Of a stretch of DNA of 42,611 nucleotides, positions 1 through 8,337 are shown piece after piece. How positions within the stretch are numbered: the first letter of the stretch is position 1; each line of letters starts with the position of its first letter. The notes beneath the pieces were generated by a model. The model was not told the DNA's origin. It searched no databases and saw nothing but the letters and a program-made list of their open reading frames with translations. The DNA is from a virus (Duplodnaviria; Heunggongvirae; Uroviricota; Caudoviricetes), in IMG/VR virus record IMGVR_UViG_2897341779_000002. The stretch is one strand, 5' to 3'. Made by a program: the position numbers and the translations under genes.

Positions 1-201
1 TTACCCATTGGCGCGGCTTAAGAGCTTATTTTTGAATTCACAATGGTCACGATATAACCATCTTGCTCGCCCGTGGATAACTTTGGCTTTTGGCAGGTCG
101 CCGGACTTAATCCGGTCATAGATGAAGGTTTTACCGAAGCCAGTATCGGCCATGATGAATTTCAAATCAACCAGTGAATCAGGTTGTAGTTCGTGTTGCA
201 T
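1..201 (-). CDS. xis: excisionase Xis (P22-type)
   Basis: 66-aa translation (MQHELQPDSLVDLKFIMADTGFGKTFIYDRIKSGDLPKAKVIHGRARWLY...) matches my memory of P22-family Xis; in the circular map it lies directly upstream of int on the same strand. Confidence 0.85.
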   Translation of the reverse strand: MQHELQPDSLVDLKFIMADTGFGKTFIYDRIKSGDLPKAKVIHGRARWLYRDHCEFKNKLLSRANG

Positions 202-242
202 GAGTGCTATCTCCGAATAGGGAATCGAACCTGCAAATCAGG

Positions 243-270
243 CAATAAAAAACCGCCATCAGGCGGCTTG
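243..270 (-). terminator. rho-independent terminator-like hairpin upstream of xis
   Basis: Minus-strand GC stem (GCCGCC...GGCGGC) followed by TTTTTTATT; lies between the ea-type ORFs and xis. Confidence 0.5.
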
Positions 271-317
271 GTGTTCTTTCAGTTCTTCAATTCGAATATT
301 AGTTACGTCTGCATGTG

Positions 318-506
318 CTATCTGCGCCCACAGCATCCAGTGGTCATAGCAGTCGTTGATGTTCTCTGCTTCGATAACTCTGTTGAATGGCTCTCCATTC
401 CATTCACCTGTGACTCGGAAGTGCATTTATCATCTCCATAAAACAAAACCCGCCGTAGCGAGTTCAGATAAAAGAAATCCCCGCGAGTGCGAGGATTATC
501 ATTCAT
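318..506 (-). CDS. hypothetical early protein (62 aa)
   Basis: ORF whose ATG overlaps the stop of the upstream minus-strand gene (ATGAATGA), consistent with the densely coupled leftward operon; no recognisable domain. Confidence 0.4.
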   Translation of the reverse strand: MNDNPRTRGDFFYLNSLRRVLFYGDDKCTSESQVNGMESHSTELSKQRTSTTAMTTGCCGRR

Positions 507-783
507 TGTCGATATTCACCTTTATAGCGAACACCTTTACCGGTTTATCGCCGAAGTGCGGATGTGTGATTGTCTTGATTTCATATCCGTCATACGGGAC
601 GTCAATTCTGCGGCTGGAATCGTCGCGCTTCGGATATCCCTTTGTGATAATCAGGCGGTCATACTCGCGGAACATAATTCGCTTATTCCAGTAGTCATTA
701 CACAGGCGATACTCTTCCGTTTTCTCTCCGCGAATCATGGCATCGAAGTATTCACCTTTAACGGCAAGTTGCAGGTTAGCCAC
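499..783 (-). CDS. hypothetical early protein (94 aa)
   Basis: ORF in the leftward early operon with coupled neighbours; function not recognised. Confidence 0.55.
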   Translation of the reverse strand: MANLQLAVKGEYFDAMIRGEKTEEYRLCNDYWNKRIMFREYDRLIITKGYPKRDDSSRRIDVPYDGYEIKTITHPHFGDKPVKVFAIKVNIDNE

Positions 784-866
784 GACCTTCCTCCTTTGGC
801 TTGTGAATTTGTATCGTCATGCCGCTTTGAGTGGTGACTACAACGACAGAACCAGGCTGAAGACTG

Positions 867-1064
867 TTAAGATTGAATGCTTCGTAAAACGAAGCCAAGG
901 CCAGCGCTTTTTTTATTCTTTCGGTTCCACCAACGCCATCCATTGCTACAGGCTACACTGACAATCCACTGTCCACTCCTGTAAGCCATATAAAACCAGA
1001 TGAGCAAAACCTGAATGAATGCTATCCAGTCAATAATCGTATATTTCGCGAAGGAGACCATCAA
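867..1064 (-). CDS. hypothetical small hydrophobic protein (65 aa)
   Basis: Hydrophobic ORF whose start overlaps the stop of the upstream gene by 4 nt. Confidence 0.45.
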   Translation of the reverse strand: MMVSFAKYTIIDWIAFIQVLLIWFYMAYRSGQWIVSVACSNGWRWWNRKNKKSAGLGFVLRSIQS

Positions 1065-1633
1065 TTAACCTCCTGCGGCGGTTCCGGTAGAGGCATCCAG
1101 TACAAGGCGTTCCCTAACCACGATAAAGTGCCGTCGCTCAACTCCACGTATTCCCCTTGTACCTGTCCTGCCATATACTCGCCGTGCTTTGAATAAATTA
1201 AAATCCAATCATCTTGAGCGGGCATTCGCTCACTACAGCTTATCCAACCATCCGGAGTTACCGGATAGTTGCCCGACAGCTCGTTCAACTTGTAAGTTTG
1301 GCTTACAGGTTCGGCTTCCAGTTCTGCAATGCGCTTCTCTGCAGCTTCCAGCTCAACGCGCAGCTTCCCTACCGTTAGCGCAATTTCCTCGTTCTCCTGG
1401 TCGCGGCGTTTGATGTATTGCTGGTTTCTTTCCCGTTCATCCAGCAGCGCCAGCACGGTTTCTGGTCCGGTCAGAAATTTGAAGGCGTTGAGCGCATCAA
1501 TATCCACACCGTAATCCTTAAGTTCCTGTTCACTTAACAAATCATCATCAACTGGCAACATTAACAGGCGTTCCATTGCCGGAATTGCACGTTCTGCCGC
1601 CTCACGCAGTGCCTGATAGTTAATTTTGGTCAT
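1061..1633 (-). CDS. hypothetical early protein, coiled-coil N-terminus with DUF551-like C-terminus
   Basis: 190-aa ORF; C-terminal W-x-PLPEPP motif recalls the DUF551 family found in lambdoid early-left regions. Confidence 0.65.
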   Translation of the reverse strand: MTKINYQALREAAERAIPAMERLLMLPVDDDLLSEQELKDYGVDIDALNAFKFLTGPETVLALLDERERNQQYIKRRDQENEEIALTVGKLRVELEAAEKRIAELEAEPVSQTYKLNELSGNYPVTPDGWISCSERMPAQDDWILIYSKHGEYMAGQVQGEYVELSDGTLSWLGNALYWMPLPEPPQEVN

Positions 1634-1634
1634 A

Positions 1635-1934
1635 TCACATCCCCCTGAAGCCGTTGCATTTACGTAAAAAATCGCAGATATAGCCCTTCATTTTTTCGTG
1701 CCAATCTCGATCATTCCCATTGCACCAACCATCAGGTGGAGTCCAGTTTTCTATCAGAGCAGCCATTTTCTTTGCTTTCGCCGGAGTAGCTGTTGCGGTA
1801 TCGCAGTAATGACGAGTGTCAACCAACGTATCCATACCATCGATATCAAGTACGCAAAACCATGTGTGATTCGGCATTTCAACAGATGGTATTTGTTGCC
1901 CACGTCGACGTTTATCAATAAGACATACAGTCAC
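1635..1934 (-). CDS. hypothetical early protein (99 aa)
   Basis: ORF tightly packed between neighbouring minus-strand genes (2-nt gap, 4-nt overlap). Confidence 0.5.
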   Translation of the reverse strand: MTVCLIDKRRRGQQIPSVEMPNHTWFCVLDIDGMDTLVDTRHYCDTATATPAKAKKMAALIENWTPPDGWCNGNDRDWHEKMKGYICDFLRKCNGFRGM

Positions 1935-2467
1935 TGGTTGCCTCCTTTGCGAAGCTGGGCAGCAAAGTCAACTAACCACTCAGTCATTTCAACCTTCCCT
2001 ACCAGGTCTGAACCAGGGTGCATACAGCAATCACTCTGCGCCGCTTTGAAATCCTTATACTCATATTCTTGGGCCACCAGATTTTTTGCAGCTTCTATAG
2101 CAGCATCCACCCCCTGCGCCCGCACTTCAGCCAGAAAAGCATCGGTGGCTGGGGTTTCAGTAACATCATCTTCCCATTCGCTAAACTCCTCACGACAAAA
2201 GTCATTAAATTCCTTCTCAGATTGCTTAAGTGAGGTATTTTCAGCAGCCATCTTCGCGCATTTAGCCTCAAGGTTATCAATCGTGATTCCAGCAGAACTA
2301 CACTCCCGCAACGCCGTTTCCAGTTTTGATTCAAGTTCACCGAACTTACGGACAAGGTATTCAGCGTTTGTTTCGTTAACCTTTAAATCACTTGGGATGC
2401 ATTTACCTTTCAGAAAACCATCCATCTCAATTAGTGACATTTGTTTCATTTCTTCCCACTCCGCCAC
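1931..2467 (-). CDS. hypothetical early protein (178 aa), acidic with predicted coiled coil
   Basis: Long ORF in the leftward operon; composition resembles Ea22-type early proteins; function unknown. Confidence 0.6.
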   Translation of the reverse strand: MAEWEEMKQMSLIEMDGFLKGKCIPSDLKVNETNAEYLVRKFGELESKLETALRECSSAGITIDNLEAKCAKMAAENTSLKQSEKEFNDFCREEFSEWEDDVTETPATDAFLAEVRAQGVDAAIEAAKNLVAQEYEYKDFKAAQSDCCMHPGSDLVGKVEMTEWLVDFAAQLRKGGNQ

Positions 2468-2543
2468 ATCGCATTCAGATATTTGTTGTCATTAACAGAA
2501 CCGAAACTCTTTCTCTTAAGCAAGTCCTCTCATGGTAAATTCC

Positions 2544-2840
2544 TCAGTCATTACTGATAGCGCCATAGCGTGAGCGGTAATTACGCAGGCGCGGGTCGAT
2601 ATATTCAGGGAAGTGGGTATATGTGGCTTTGCGGAATGGTCGGATTGATGTCTGGTAAATTCGCTCGCGTTCTTCTTTCTCTGCAAGCCATATACAGTGG
2701 CGAAATTCCTTTTCCTCTTTCGTTTCCTGCGGTAGAGACATTATTCGATCGTAGTTTTTTCTGAATTTATCCAGCACCTCCGATACGGAATTGCCGGAAC
2801 AGCGGCGCGGGTCATCCGCACCATACAAAGGCGCTGGCAT
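2544..2840 (-). CDS. hypothetical early protein (98 aa)
   Basis: ORF in the leftward operon; no recognised domain. Confidence 0.55.
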   Translation of the reverse strand: MPAPLYGADDPRRCSGNSVSEVLDKFRKNYDRIMSLPQETKEEKEFRHCIWLAEKEERERIYQTSIRPFRKATYTHFPEYIDPRLRNYRSRYGAISND

Positions 2841-2863
2841 AATTAAATCCTTATTTTTCTAAA

Positions 2864-3247
2864 TCAGAATGGGATGGAATCGTCGTATTCAGGATTATTT
2901 TGATGATTGCTACTTTGCTGCTGTTGGCTGTTTCCTGAAGTTGCAAATCCAATCTTTGCATTCAGTAATTCAAGAGTGATTGATTGACCATTTTGCCCCT
3001 GATAAACATCAACCCTGATGTTTTCTCCGGTAATTTCTACAATGCCTCCTTCAACCAGAACGCTACGATAGTAATCCGCTTGCGCTCCCGGCTTGGCAAA
3101 TACAACGGCGCTGTAGTTTGTCCATTCTTTCTTTTTTGTCTGGCGATCGTAATACTGAACGCCAGCACGGATGTTGAATCCGATATTTTCCCCGCCCTGA
3201 AACTCTCTTGCGGGTTTGTTTAGTCTTACTGTAATCGAATGTGCCAT
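2864..3247 (-). CDS. single-stranded DNA-binding protein-like (127 aa)
   Basis: Start set at the internal Met (MAHSITV...) because it overlaps the erf stop as TAATG; C-terminal acidic tip ...PEYDDSIPF resembles the SSB DDDIPF tail. Confidence 0.6.
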   Translation of the reverse strand: MAHSITVRLNKPAREFQGGENIGFNIRAGVQYYDRQTKKKEWTNYSAVVFAKPGAQADYYRSVLVEGGIVEITGENIRVDVYQGQNGQSITLELLNAKIGFATSGNSQQQQSSNHQNNPEYDDSIPF

Positions 3248-3852
3248 TAAGCAGTTGCCCCTTCTAATTCGTCTCGTCTGATGTTGTAAACGTCCTGCGC
3301 TTTGTGCTGCTCCGGCGTCCCTTCGAGCATCTTCCACGCTTTGGCGAACGCCTGTTTAAGCTCTTCTACGGTGTTTTTCTGCATTGCTGCGTCAGTGAAT
3401 GCTTTTAGAACCTGTTCAGGTGTAAGTGATGGTTTTGATTGCTTTGCTGCTGCGTTCTGCTGATGTTTATGCTCGTCTGTATCTGCATCTTTCGCATCAT
3501 CAATGCCGAACAAACCATTGAGGCAATACTTGCGTGCATAAGAGCTTGTAGCTCCCGTAACTTGTGCAGAATCCATTCCTTTCTTGCTTTCTTCCTCTCG
3601 TGCAAGAGCGGTTGCCGTATGACTGTTTTCGCCATCGGTAATAGTTGCCGTGGCTTTCACGTAATACCGATCACCAATCAACACAACTTCATCGCTGATT
3701 GATAAAAACAGACCGTTCAGTAACGGCTTAACGCCTTCAAGAATATCTTCGCAGCTTCTGTATTTATATTTGCCGAATGAGTTGTACTGATTCTTTGGCG
3801 CGTTCAGATTCTCCTGAATAGCTGCCAGTCTTGCGTAAAATTCTTTGCTCAT
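3247..3852 (-). CDS. erf: Erf single-strand annealing recombination protein
   Basis: Translation from MSKEFYARLAAIQENLNAPKNQYNSFGKYKYRSCEDILEGVKPLL... matches my memory of P22 Erf; start chosen at MSKEFY with an upstream GAGAG. Confidence 0.85.
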   Translation of the reverse strand: MSKEFYARLAAIQENLNAPKNQYNSFGKYKYRSCEDILEGVKPLLNGLFLSISDEVVLIGDRYYVKATATITDGENSHTATALAREEESKKGMDSAQVTGATSSYARKYCLNGLFGIDDAKDADTDEHKHQQNAAAKQSKPSLTPEQVLKAFTDAAMQKNTVEELKQAFAKAWKMLEGTPEQHKAQDVYNIRRDELEGATA

Positions 3853-3953
3853 ATGATTGCTCTCAGAATGGACACGGCCCAAGGAAATAACGCTGATTTA
3901 ATACTTCGACTCGGGACAAATTAAGGCATACCCGCATTCCTTCGCGGTCACCA

Positions 3954-4112
3954 TTATGGCGATACCAGAGAGCTTTCTGCGTGTACATGCGTCTCTGTAA
4001 CTTGCTCTCCTTCACTGTGGTTGCAAGTGACATGAATATCTCCTTCGTTACCGATTAATTCTTTTATCTGACGAATGAATTCTTCGTCTGACCAGTTATC
4101 CGTAAAACTCAT
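3954..4112 (-). CDS. hypothetical small protein (52 aa) in the kil position
   Basis: ORF starting at the ATGA overlap with the cIII stop; no similarity recognised. Confidence 0.4.
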   Translation of the reverse strand: MSFTDNWSDEEFIRQIKELIGNEGDIHVTCNHSEGEQVTETHVHAESSLVSP

Positions 4113-4279
4113 GGACGGCCTTGTTGTTTCAAAATATCCCAAAGCTTTTCGAGCAAGCTTTTCATTCTTGGTTGTTTAAAGTCTGCTCCGGTTAAAATGT
4201 TTTTTCGTGAATGCTGTACCGATAAAATCGGGTTGAAAGGGCGAACCGATGCCGCCCCTGCAATAGCGAACTGTTGCAT
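4109..4279 (-). CDS. cIII: CIII-like protein (FtsH inhibitor that protects CII)
   Basis: 56-aa ORF from internal Met with AGGAGC upstream; MQQFAIAG... and ...SLLEKLWDILKQQGRP resemble the lambda CIII core (MQYAIAG ... RLIDILNQPGVP) as I recall it. Confidence 0.65.
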   Translation of the reverse strand: MQQFAIAGAASVRPFNPILSVQHSRKNILTGADFKQPRMKSLLEKLWDILKQQGRP

Positions 4280-4343
4280 AGGATGCTCCTTCTGTTTGAT
4301 TGCATAACGAAAACGCCTCGAGTGAAGCGTTATTGGTATGCAT

Positions 4344-4369
4344 ATAAAAAAGCCCTCACACTGGAGGGC
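4344..4369 (-). terminator. rho-independent terminator-like hairpin (tL-type) between orf156 and cIII
   Basis: Minus-strand stem GCCCTC/GAGGGC with 6-nt loop followed by TTTTTTAT. Confidence 0.5.
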
Positions 4370-4473
4370 AAAGAAGATTTCCAATAATCAGAACAAGTCG
4401 GCTCCTGTTTAGTTACGAGCGACATTGCTCCGTGTATTCACTCGTTGGAATGAATACACAGTGCTTATTCGTA

Positions 4474-4944
4474 CTAATAAAACACCCAGTTTTCTGTTTC
4501 TTGGTTGTGTCCAAAGTTATATTCAATACCTGGTGTTGATGTATCAATATTCTTCATCCCATCAACAAGAGTTGATACAACAGCCAAATCTTGTTTGATT
4601 CTCATCAAATGGTATTTCTTCCGGCGCAATAAACTTTCAATGGCAAGTTTCTTCGTCGGGAATGCAAAAGATCTTTCTGCATTTTTTGCTACTTTCTTAA
4701 TTGCATATCTATTTCTCCTTTGTTTCCATTCCTGTAACCACTGATTTGGTGCTGGTTTAAAATTAACAATCCAATGCGCAGGAACCAACCATGCATAATG
4801 CTCTGTCTGATGAAAAGCTATATATTGAAGTGCGAATATTTTGATTCCATCTTCTTCAACTGTCGCTTGGAATCTCCAGAAAACAGGCATTCCATCATGT
4901 TCAGTTTCTGATTCAGGAAAAGGTACGCTCCATGATTTTGTCAT
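4474..4944 (-). CDS. hypothetical protein (156 aa) at the ral/sieB position
   Basis: ORF immediately downstream of N in the leftward operon; not membrane-like; no domain recognised. Confidence 0.6.
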   Translation of the reverse strand: MTKSWSVPFPESETEHDGMPVFWRFQATVEEDGIKIFALQYIAFHQTEHYAWLVPAHWIVNFKPAPNQWLQEWKQRRNRYAIKKVAKNAERSFAFPTKKLAIESLLRRKKYHLMRIKQDLAVVSTLVDGMKNIDTSTPGIEYNFGHNQETENWVFY

Positions 4945-4952
4945 ATATCACC

Positions 4953-5252
4953 TCAAATAAGTGGTTTGCTGCCTAATTTCATTTTCTGGCGACCAACACA
5001 AGTCACACCCATTTCACTGCGTGGCTTGCGGTAGTAAATACGATTCTGTTTACTCTCGACTTCATCTGCCTTCTTGCAGCGAAGGATTCCGAGTGATGCT
5101 GCTTTATCCGCTCTGACGCAACCAGAGAGCTTTAGCGCAATTTTTCGCGCCAGTCGCTGTTCTTGCATCGCCTGTTCACGTTGAGCCTGTCTGCGTGCTC
5201 TGCGGCGATTTCTGGCGTTATCGTCAGCCAGATATGTAATGACTACTGTCAT
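4953..5252 (-). CDS. N: antitermination protein N (phi21-like)
   Basis: Start placed at the internal Met with GGAGG upstream; arginine-rich N-terminus (NARNRRRARRQAQREQ) and C-terminus ...KQNRIYYRKPRSEMGVTCVGRQKMKLGSKPLI match my memory of phage 21 and lambda N C-termini. Confidence 0.8.
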   Translation of the reverse strand: MTVVITYLADDNARNRRRARRQAQREQAMQEQRLARKIALKLSGCVRADKAASLGILRCKKADEVESKQNRIYYRKPRSEMGVTCVGRQKMKLGSKPLI

Positions 5253-5565
5253 GTTGACCTCCGATGAAACAACTTTGGAATTGATAGTGATTGCAAAGTG
5301 GTTTCTGGCCCCTCGAACTGAGGGGCAGAAAGAGCATCTCGCCACCTAATAGGTCGATGCTCGGATCGAGAGATTTAATTAACCTCGGTTTTGAAGTTAT
5401 GCATTCACATAAATCCTCCTACCTCTTGTGCAGCTTTCTTGAATATGGTGGCGGCTGCATAACGCCTATGGAATTGACTTTGGCGGTGACGCGCCGGGTG
5501 CTTATCTTCCGGTTGCCGTCGTGCAGCTGCACTTCACGTCACCCCAAAGCCAACTACTCTTTGGT

Positions 5566-5583
5566 TCCCGCATTTCGGCGGGA
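5566..5583 (-). promoter_or_regulatory. nutL boxB-like hairpin
   Basis: On the leftward transcript this reads TCCCGCCGAAATGCGGGA, identical to the hairpin at 6723..6740 downstream of cro; a shared hairpin downstream of both PL and PR is the expected nut arrangement. Confidence 0.6.
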
Positions 5584-5644
5584 CAATCCCATCAATGTTA
5601 AAGAGCCTGCCAATCTGTTCCGTTTGGCTTCCAGCGTCCTGCTG

Positions 5645-5690
5645 ATGGCTTAAATTTAAGATCTCTTTAATTAATGGTCAAGAGCATTTT
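5645..5690 (-). promoter_or_regulatory. PL promoter / OL operator region
   Basis: Minus-strand -35 TTGACC (plus 5676..5681), 16-bp spacer, -10 TTAAAT (plus 5654..5659); ATTTAAGATCTCTTTAAT at 5654..5671 resembles the operator at 6473..6490. Confidence 0.45.
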
Positions 5691-5749
5691 TGAAGAAAAC
5701 TTAAATTTTCTTTCGTAACTTAAGTTTGGCTTTGATTTTTAAAGGAAAT

Positions 5750-5773
5750 AAAAAAAAAGGGGCGAATGCCCCC
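5750..5773 (-). terminator. rho-independent terminator after the repressor gene
   Basis: Minus-strand stem GGGGC/GCCCC with 4-nt loop followed by a run of 8-9 T, immediately after the cI stop codon. Confidence 0.6.
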
Positions 5774-6424
5774 TTATGGAAGGTTTGCTAGTTTTGCATC
5801 GACAACTACGCCGATGATTTTGCAGTTTCCGTTGATCTCGATCATCGGATATTGTGGGTTAAGTGGTTTTAGAAACTTCCTGCCTGCATCAATAACTAAC
5901 TTCTTGAAAGTTGCCTCGTTTTCTCCTTCGAGCTTTGCAACTACCAGTTTCCCGTTACGCGGCTCTACTTCAGGATCGACGAGTATTATCATTCCTTCAG
6001 GGATACTGAGACCGGCCGGAGCCGTCATTGAGTCTCCCTTCACGTCCAACCAAAACGAATCTTCTGAACAGTCTACGGTTGTATCGTACCAGTTATCTAT
6101 TGCACGCTTATGATATGGTTCTACAGCTTCCATCCAGCATCCTGCGCTCACCCAGCTAATCAGAGGGTATGACCCTCTTGGATCATGCCTACTGTGATAG
6201 GCAATGTTTGAAAGACTTTCCTCTCCTTTCATCAGATAGTCAGGGGAACACTTCAACGCATTAGCCAGGGCGAGAAGATTCTCTCCATTTGGCTCTGTCT
6301 CAGAGCGTTCCCACTGAGATATGGCAACATTAGACACGCCGACCATCTTTCCAAGTGCGGCCTGCCTGATCTTGAGTTCTTTTCTCCGAGCGCGAATGCG
6401 CTCTCCCATCAATTGAGTTTTCAT
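5774..6424 (-). CDS. cI: prophage repressor C2/CI (LexA-like S24 peptidase fold)
   Basis: 216-aa translation (MKTQLMGERIRARRKELKIRQAALGKMVGVSNVAISQWERSETEPNGENLL...) is nearly identical to my memory of P22 C2. Confidence 0.95.
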   Translation of the reverse strand: MKTQLMGERIRARRKELKIRQAALGKMVGVSNVAISQWERSETEPNGENLLALANALKCSPDYLMKGEESLSNIAYHSRHDPRGSYPLISWVSAGCWMEAVEPYHKRAIDNWYDTTVDCSEDSFWLDVKGDSMTAPAGLSIPEGMIILVDPEVEPRNGKLVVAKLEGENEATFKKLVIDAGRKFLKPLNPQYPMIEINGNCKIIGVVVDAKLANLP

Positions 6425-6504
6425 AGTTAAGACATCTTAAATAAACTTGACTTAAGATTCCTTTAGTGGATAATTTAAGTGTTCTTTAATTTCGGAGCGA
6501 GTCT
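6425..6504. promoter_or_regulatory. OR operators with divergent PR/PRM
   Basis: P22-type 18-bp operator-like palindromes AGTTAAGACATCTTAAAT (6425..6442) and ATTTAAGTGTTCTTTAAT (6473..6490); PR -35 TTGACT 6447..6452 and -10 GATAAT 6469..6474; GGAG before the cro ATG. Confidence 0.7.
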
Positions 6505-6690
6505 ATGTACAAGAAAGATGTTATCGACCACTTCGGAACCCAGCGTGCTGTAGCTAAAGCGTTAGGCATTAGCGACGCAGCAGTCTCTCAGTGGAAGGAA
6601 GTCATCCCAGAGAAAGACGCCTATCGACTGGAAGTCGTTACAGCTGGCGCCCTGAAGTATCAAGAAAGCGCTTACCGCAAAGCGGCATAA
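6505..6690 (+). CDS. cro: Cro repressor (P22-type)
   Basis: 61-aa translation MYKKDVIDHFGTQRAVAKALGISDAAVSQWKEVIPEKDAYRLEVVTAGALKYQESAYRKAA matches P22 Cro from memory. Confidence 0.95.
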   Translation: MYKKDVIDHFGTQRAVAKALGISDAAVSQWKEVIPEKDAYRLEVVTAGALKYQESAYRKAA

Positions 6691-6722
6691 GCAAATTGCT
6701 CTTTAACAGTCATGGTCCTCAT

Positions 6723-6740
6723 TCCCGCCGAAATGCGGGA
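6723..6740 (+). promoter_or_regulatory. nutR boxB-like hairpin
   Basis: TCCCGCCGAAATGCGGGA (6-bp stem, 6-nt loop) between cro and cII; an identical copy occurs at nutL. Confidence 0.6.
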
Positions 6741-6798
6741 ATACAACGCGCATAAGTTGATGCGCATAACTTCTTATTTGTTAAGGAAATACTTACAT

Positions 6799-7092
6799 AT
6801 GGTTCGTGCAAACAAACGCAACGAGGCTCTAAGAATCGAGAGTGCGTTGCTTAACAAAATCGCAATGCTTGGAACTGAGAAGACAGCGGAAGCTGTGGGC
6901 GTTGATAAGTCGCAGATCAGCAGGTGGAAGAGGGACTGGATTCCAAAGTTCTCAATGCTGCTTGCTGTTCTTGAATGGGGTGTTGTCGACGACGACATGG
7001 CTCGATTGGCACGACAAGTTGCTTCGATTCTCACCAATAAAAAACGCCCGGCGGCAACCGAGCGTTCTGATCAAATACAAATGGAATTTTAA
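6799..7092 (+). CDS. cII: CII transcriptional activator (lambda-type)
   Basis: From the internal Met the 97-aa product MVRANKRNEALRIESALLNKIAMLGTEKTAEAVGVDKSQISRWKRDW... matches lambda CII from memory; AAGGA precedes the ATG at 6799. Confidence 0.9.
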   Translation: MVRANKRNEALRIESALLNKIAMLGTEKTAEAVGVDKSQISRWKRDWIPKFSMLLAVLEWGVVDDDMARLARQVASILTNKKRPAATERSDQIQMEF

Positions 7093-7114
7093 CAACATCC
7101 AACGAGGTAATTAT

Positions 7115-7387
7115 ATGCGAAACAAAGGCTTTAATCCACCTGATACACACAAAGAAGCTAAGCGTTTGCGCTTCCTTCGTTCCATTGATGAAAGAACTCA
7201 AATCTCTTTTGTGAAAGTTGCCAGAACTGAGCTTCTGAAGGCTGAGGCGAGGGCGTTGCTCCCGTCTCTACCAAAAGAGGAGGGATATACGTTCATTCCA
7301 AACGCATTTCTGGAAAAGCTTCTCAAAGAAGACATATCCGTAAGTCAGTTTAACGATGTTCTTAAGGTCTTTCGTCAAGGCAGGTAG
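7115..7387 (+). CDS. hypothetical protein (90 aa) between cII and the initiator gene
   Basis: ORF from ATG 7115 with GAGG upstream; ends 2 nt before the O-like gene. Confidence 0.55.
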   Translation: MRNKGFNPPDTHKEAKRLRFLRSIDERTQISFVKVARTELLKAEARALLPSLPKEEGYTFIPNAFLEKLLKEDISVSQFNDVLKVFRQGR

Positions 7388-7389
7388 TT

Positions 7390-8337
7390 ATGAGCAATAC
7401 AGCAAAAATCTACGATTTCAGCGCCGCACACGAGCGCAGGAGCAACAGGATGGAGAACCAGAAAACTGGTTACATTCCGTTGTACCGGAGCATTCTGAAA
7501 CAGTCATGGGCGAAAGATGTTTATCTTCGCACCCTGTGGGAAAACCTTCTCCTGAATGCCGCCAGAAAGCCATACAAAGCGAATTTCAAAGGTCATGAAT
7601 GGCATCTGCAACCCGGTCAACTGGTTGTGACAGCAGCTGATTTAGGTCTTCAGTTATGCGACAGACATGGCAAGCCAGCAAGCCGTGATCAGGTTGAGCG
7701 GATGCTTCAGGTTTTTGTGAAAGAGGGGATGATCTCCATTGATGGAGAGAAGCAAAAAGGCCGTGTGATAACCATCACAAATTACCATGAATATGCTCAA
7801 AAAATGGACAATTTACCCGCACATGAAGCCGCACAAACAACCGCACATGATGCCGCACATGATGAAGCCAGCAATAGCGCGGCTTTCAGCGTACATGCCG
7901 CACATGAAAGCGCACATGAAGCCGCACAAACAACCGCACATCATGAACAAGAAGGTATTAACAAGAATATAAATAATACCCCCCTACCCCCCAATGGGGG
8001 AGGCGATGGGCAGGTTAAACCTGAACGTCGCAAGGCAGAACGAATCGACTACGAATCCTTCCTGAACGCCTACAACACCGAAGTCGGTGACAGACTGCCA
8101 CACGCTGTTGCGGTCAACGAGAAACGAAAACGCCGCCTGAAGAAAATCATCCCGCAACTGAAAACGCCAAACGTGGACGGTTTCAGAGCGTATGTCAGGG
8201 CGTTTGTGCATCAGGCCAAGCCGTTTTACTTCGGAGACAACGACACGGGCTGGACGGCTGATTTTGATTACCTGCTGAGAGAAGACTCGTTAACGGGAGT
8301 TCGGGAAGGGAAGTTTGCAGACAGGGGGATTGCATGA
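7390..8337 (+). CDS. replication initiation protein (O-like)
   Basis: 315-aa ORF directly upstream of and overlapping the helicase gene; carries an internal iteron array encoding the repetitive [10 protein letters not shown] peptide. Confidence 0.8.
   Translation: MSNTAKIYDFSAAHERRSNRMENQKTGYIPLYRSILKQSWAKDVYLRTLWENLLLNAARKPYKANFKGHEWHLQPGQLVVTAADLGLQLCDRHGKPASRDQVERMLQVFVKEGMISIDGEKQKGRVITITNYHEYAQKMDNLPAHEAAQTTAHDAAHDEASNSAAFSVHAAHESAHEAAQTTAHHEQEGINKNINNTPLPPNGGGDGQVKPERRKAERIDYESFLNAYNTEVGDRLPHAVAVNEKRKRRLKKIIPQLKTPNVDGFRAYVRAFVHQAKPFYFGDNDTGWTADFDYLLREDSLTGVREGKFADRGIA
7816..7980. repeat. origin-like iteron array plus AT-rich segment inside the initiator gene
   Basis: About eight CCGCACATGA-type direct repeats at 7816..7944 followed by AT-rich AACAAGAATATAAATAATA, the lambda-type ori layout. 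Confidence 0.65.

Noticed and set aside
193-2495. Plus-strand ORFs 193..441, 356..694, 487..837, 737..961, 1189..1413, 1698..2495
   Set aside because: They lie antisense to a densely packed, translationally coupled minus-strand operon and lack start signals; judged to be shadow ORFs.
3248-3337. Longer SSB-like ORF starting at 3337 (MEDARRDAG...)
   Set aside because: It would overlap the erf coding region by 90 nt; the internal ATG at 3247 forms the usual TAATG stop-start overlap.
5308-5327. GGCCCCTC...GAGGGGCC hairpin considered as nutL boxB
   Set aside because: The hairpin at 5566..5583 is identical to the one downstream of cro and is better placed relative to PL, so that one was taken as boxB; this one is kept only as an unexplained leader structure.
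6712-6798. N-terminal extension of cII (track ORF starts at 6712)
   Set aside because: The extension overlaps nutR; the lambda CII start MVRANKRN at 6799 has its own RBS.
7787-7972. [29 protein letters not shown]... inside the initiator gene
   Set aside because: It is an alternative-frame artefact of the iteron repeats within the O-like gene.
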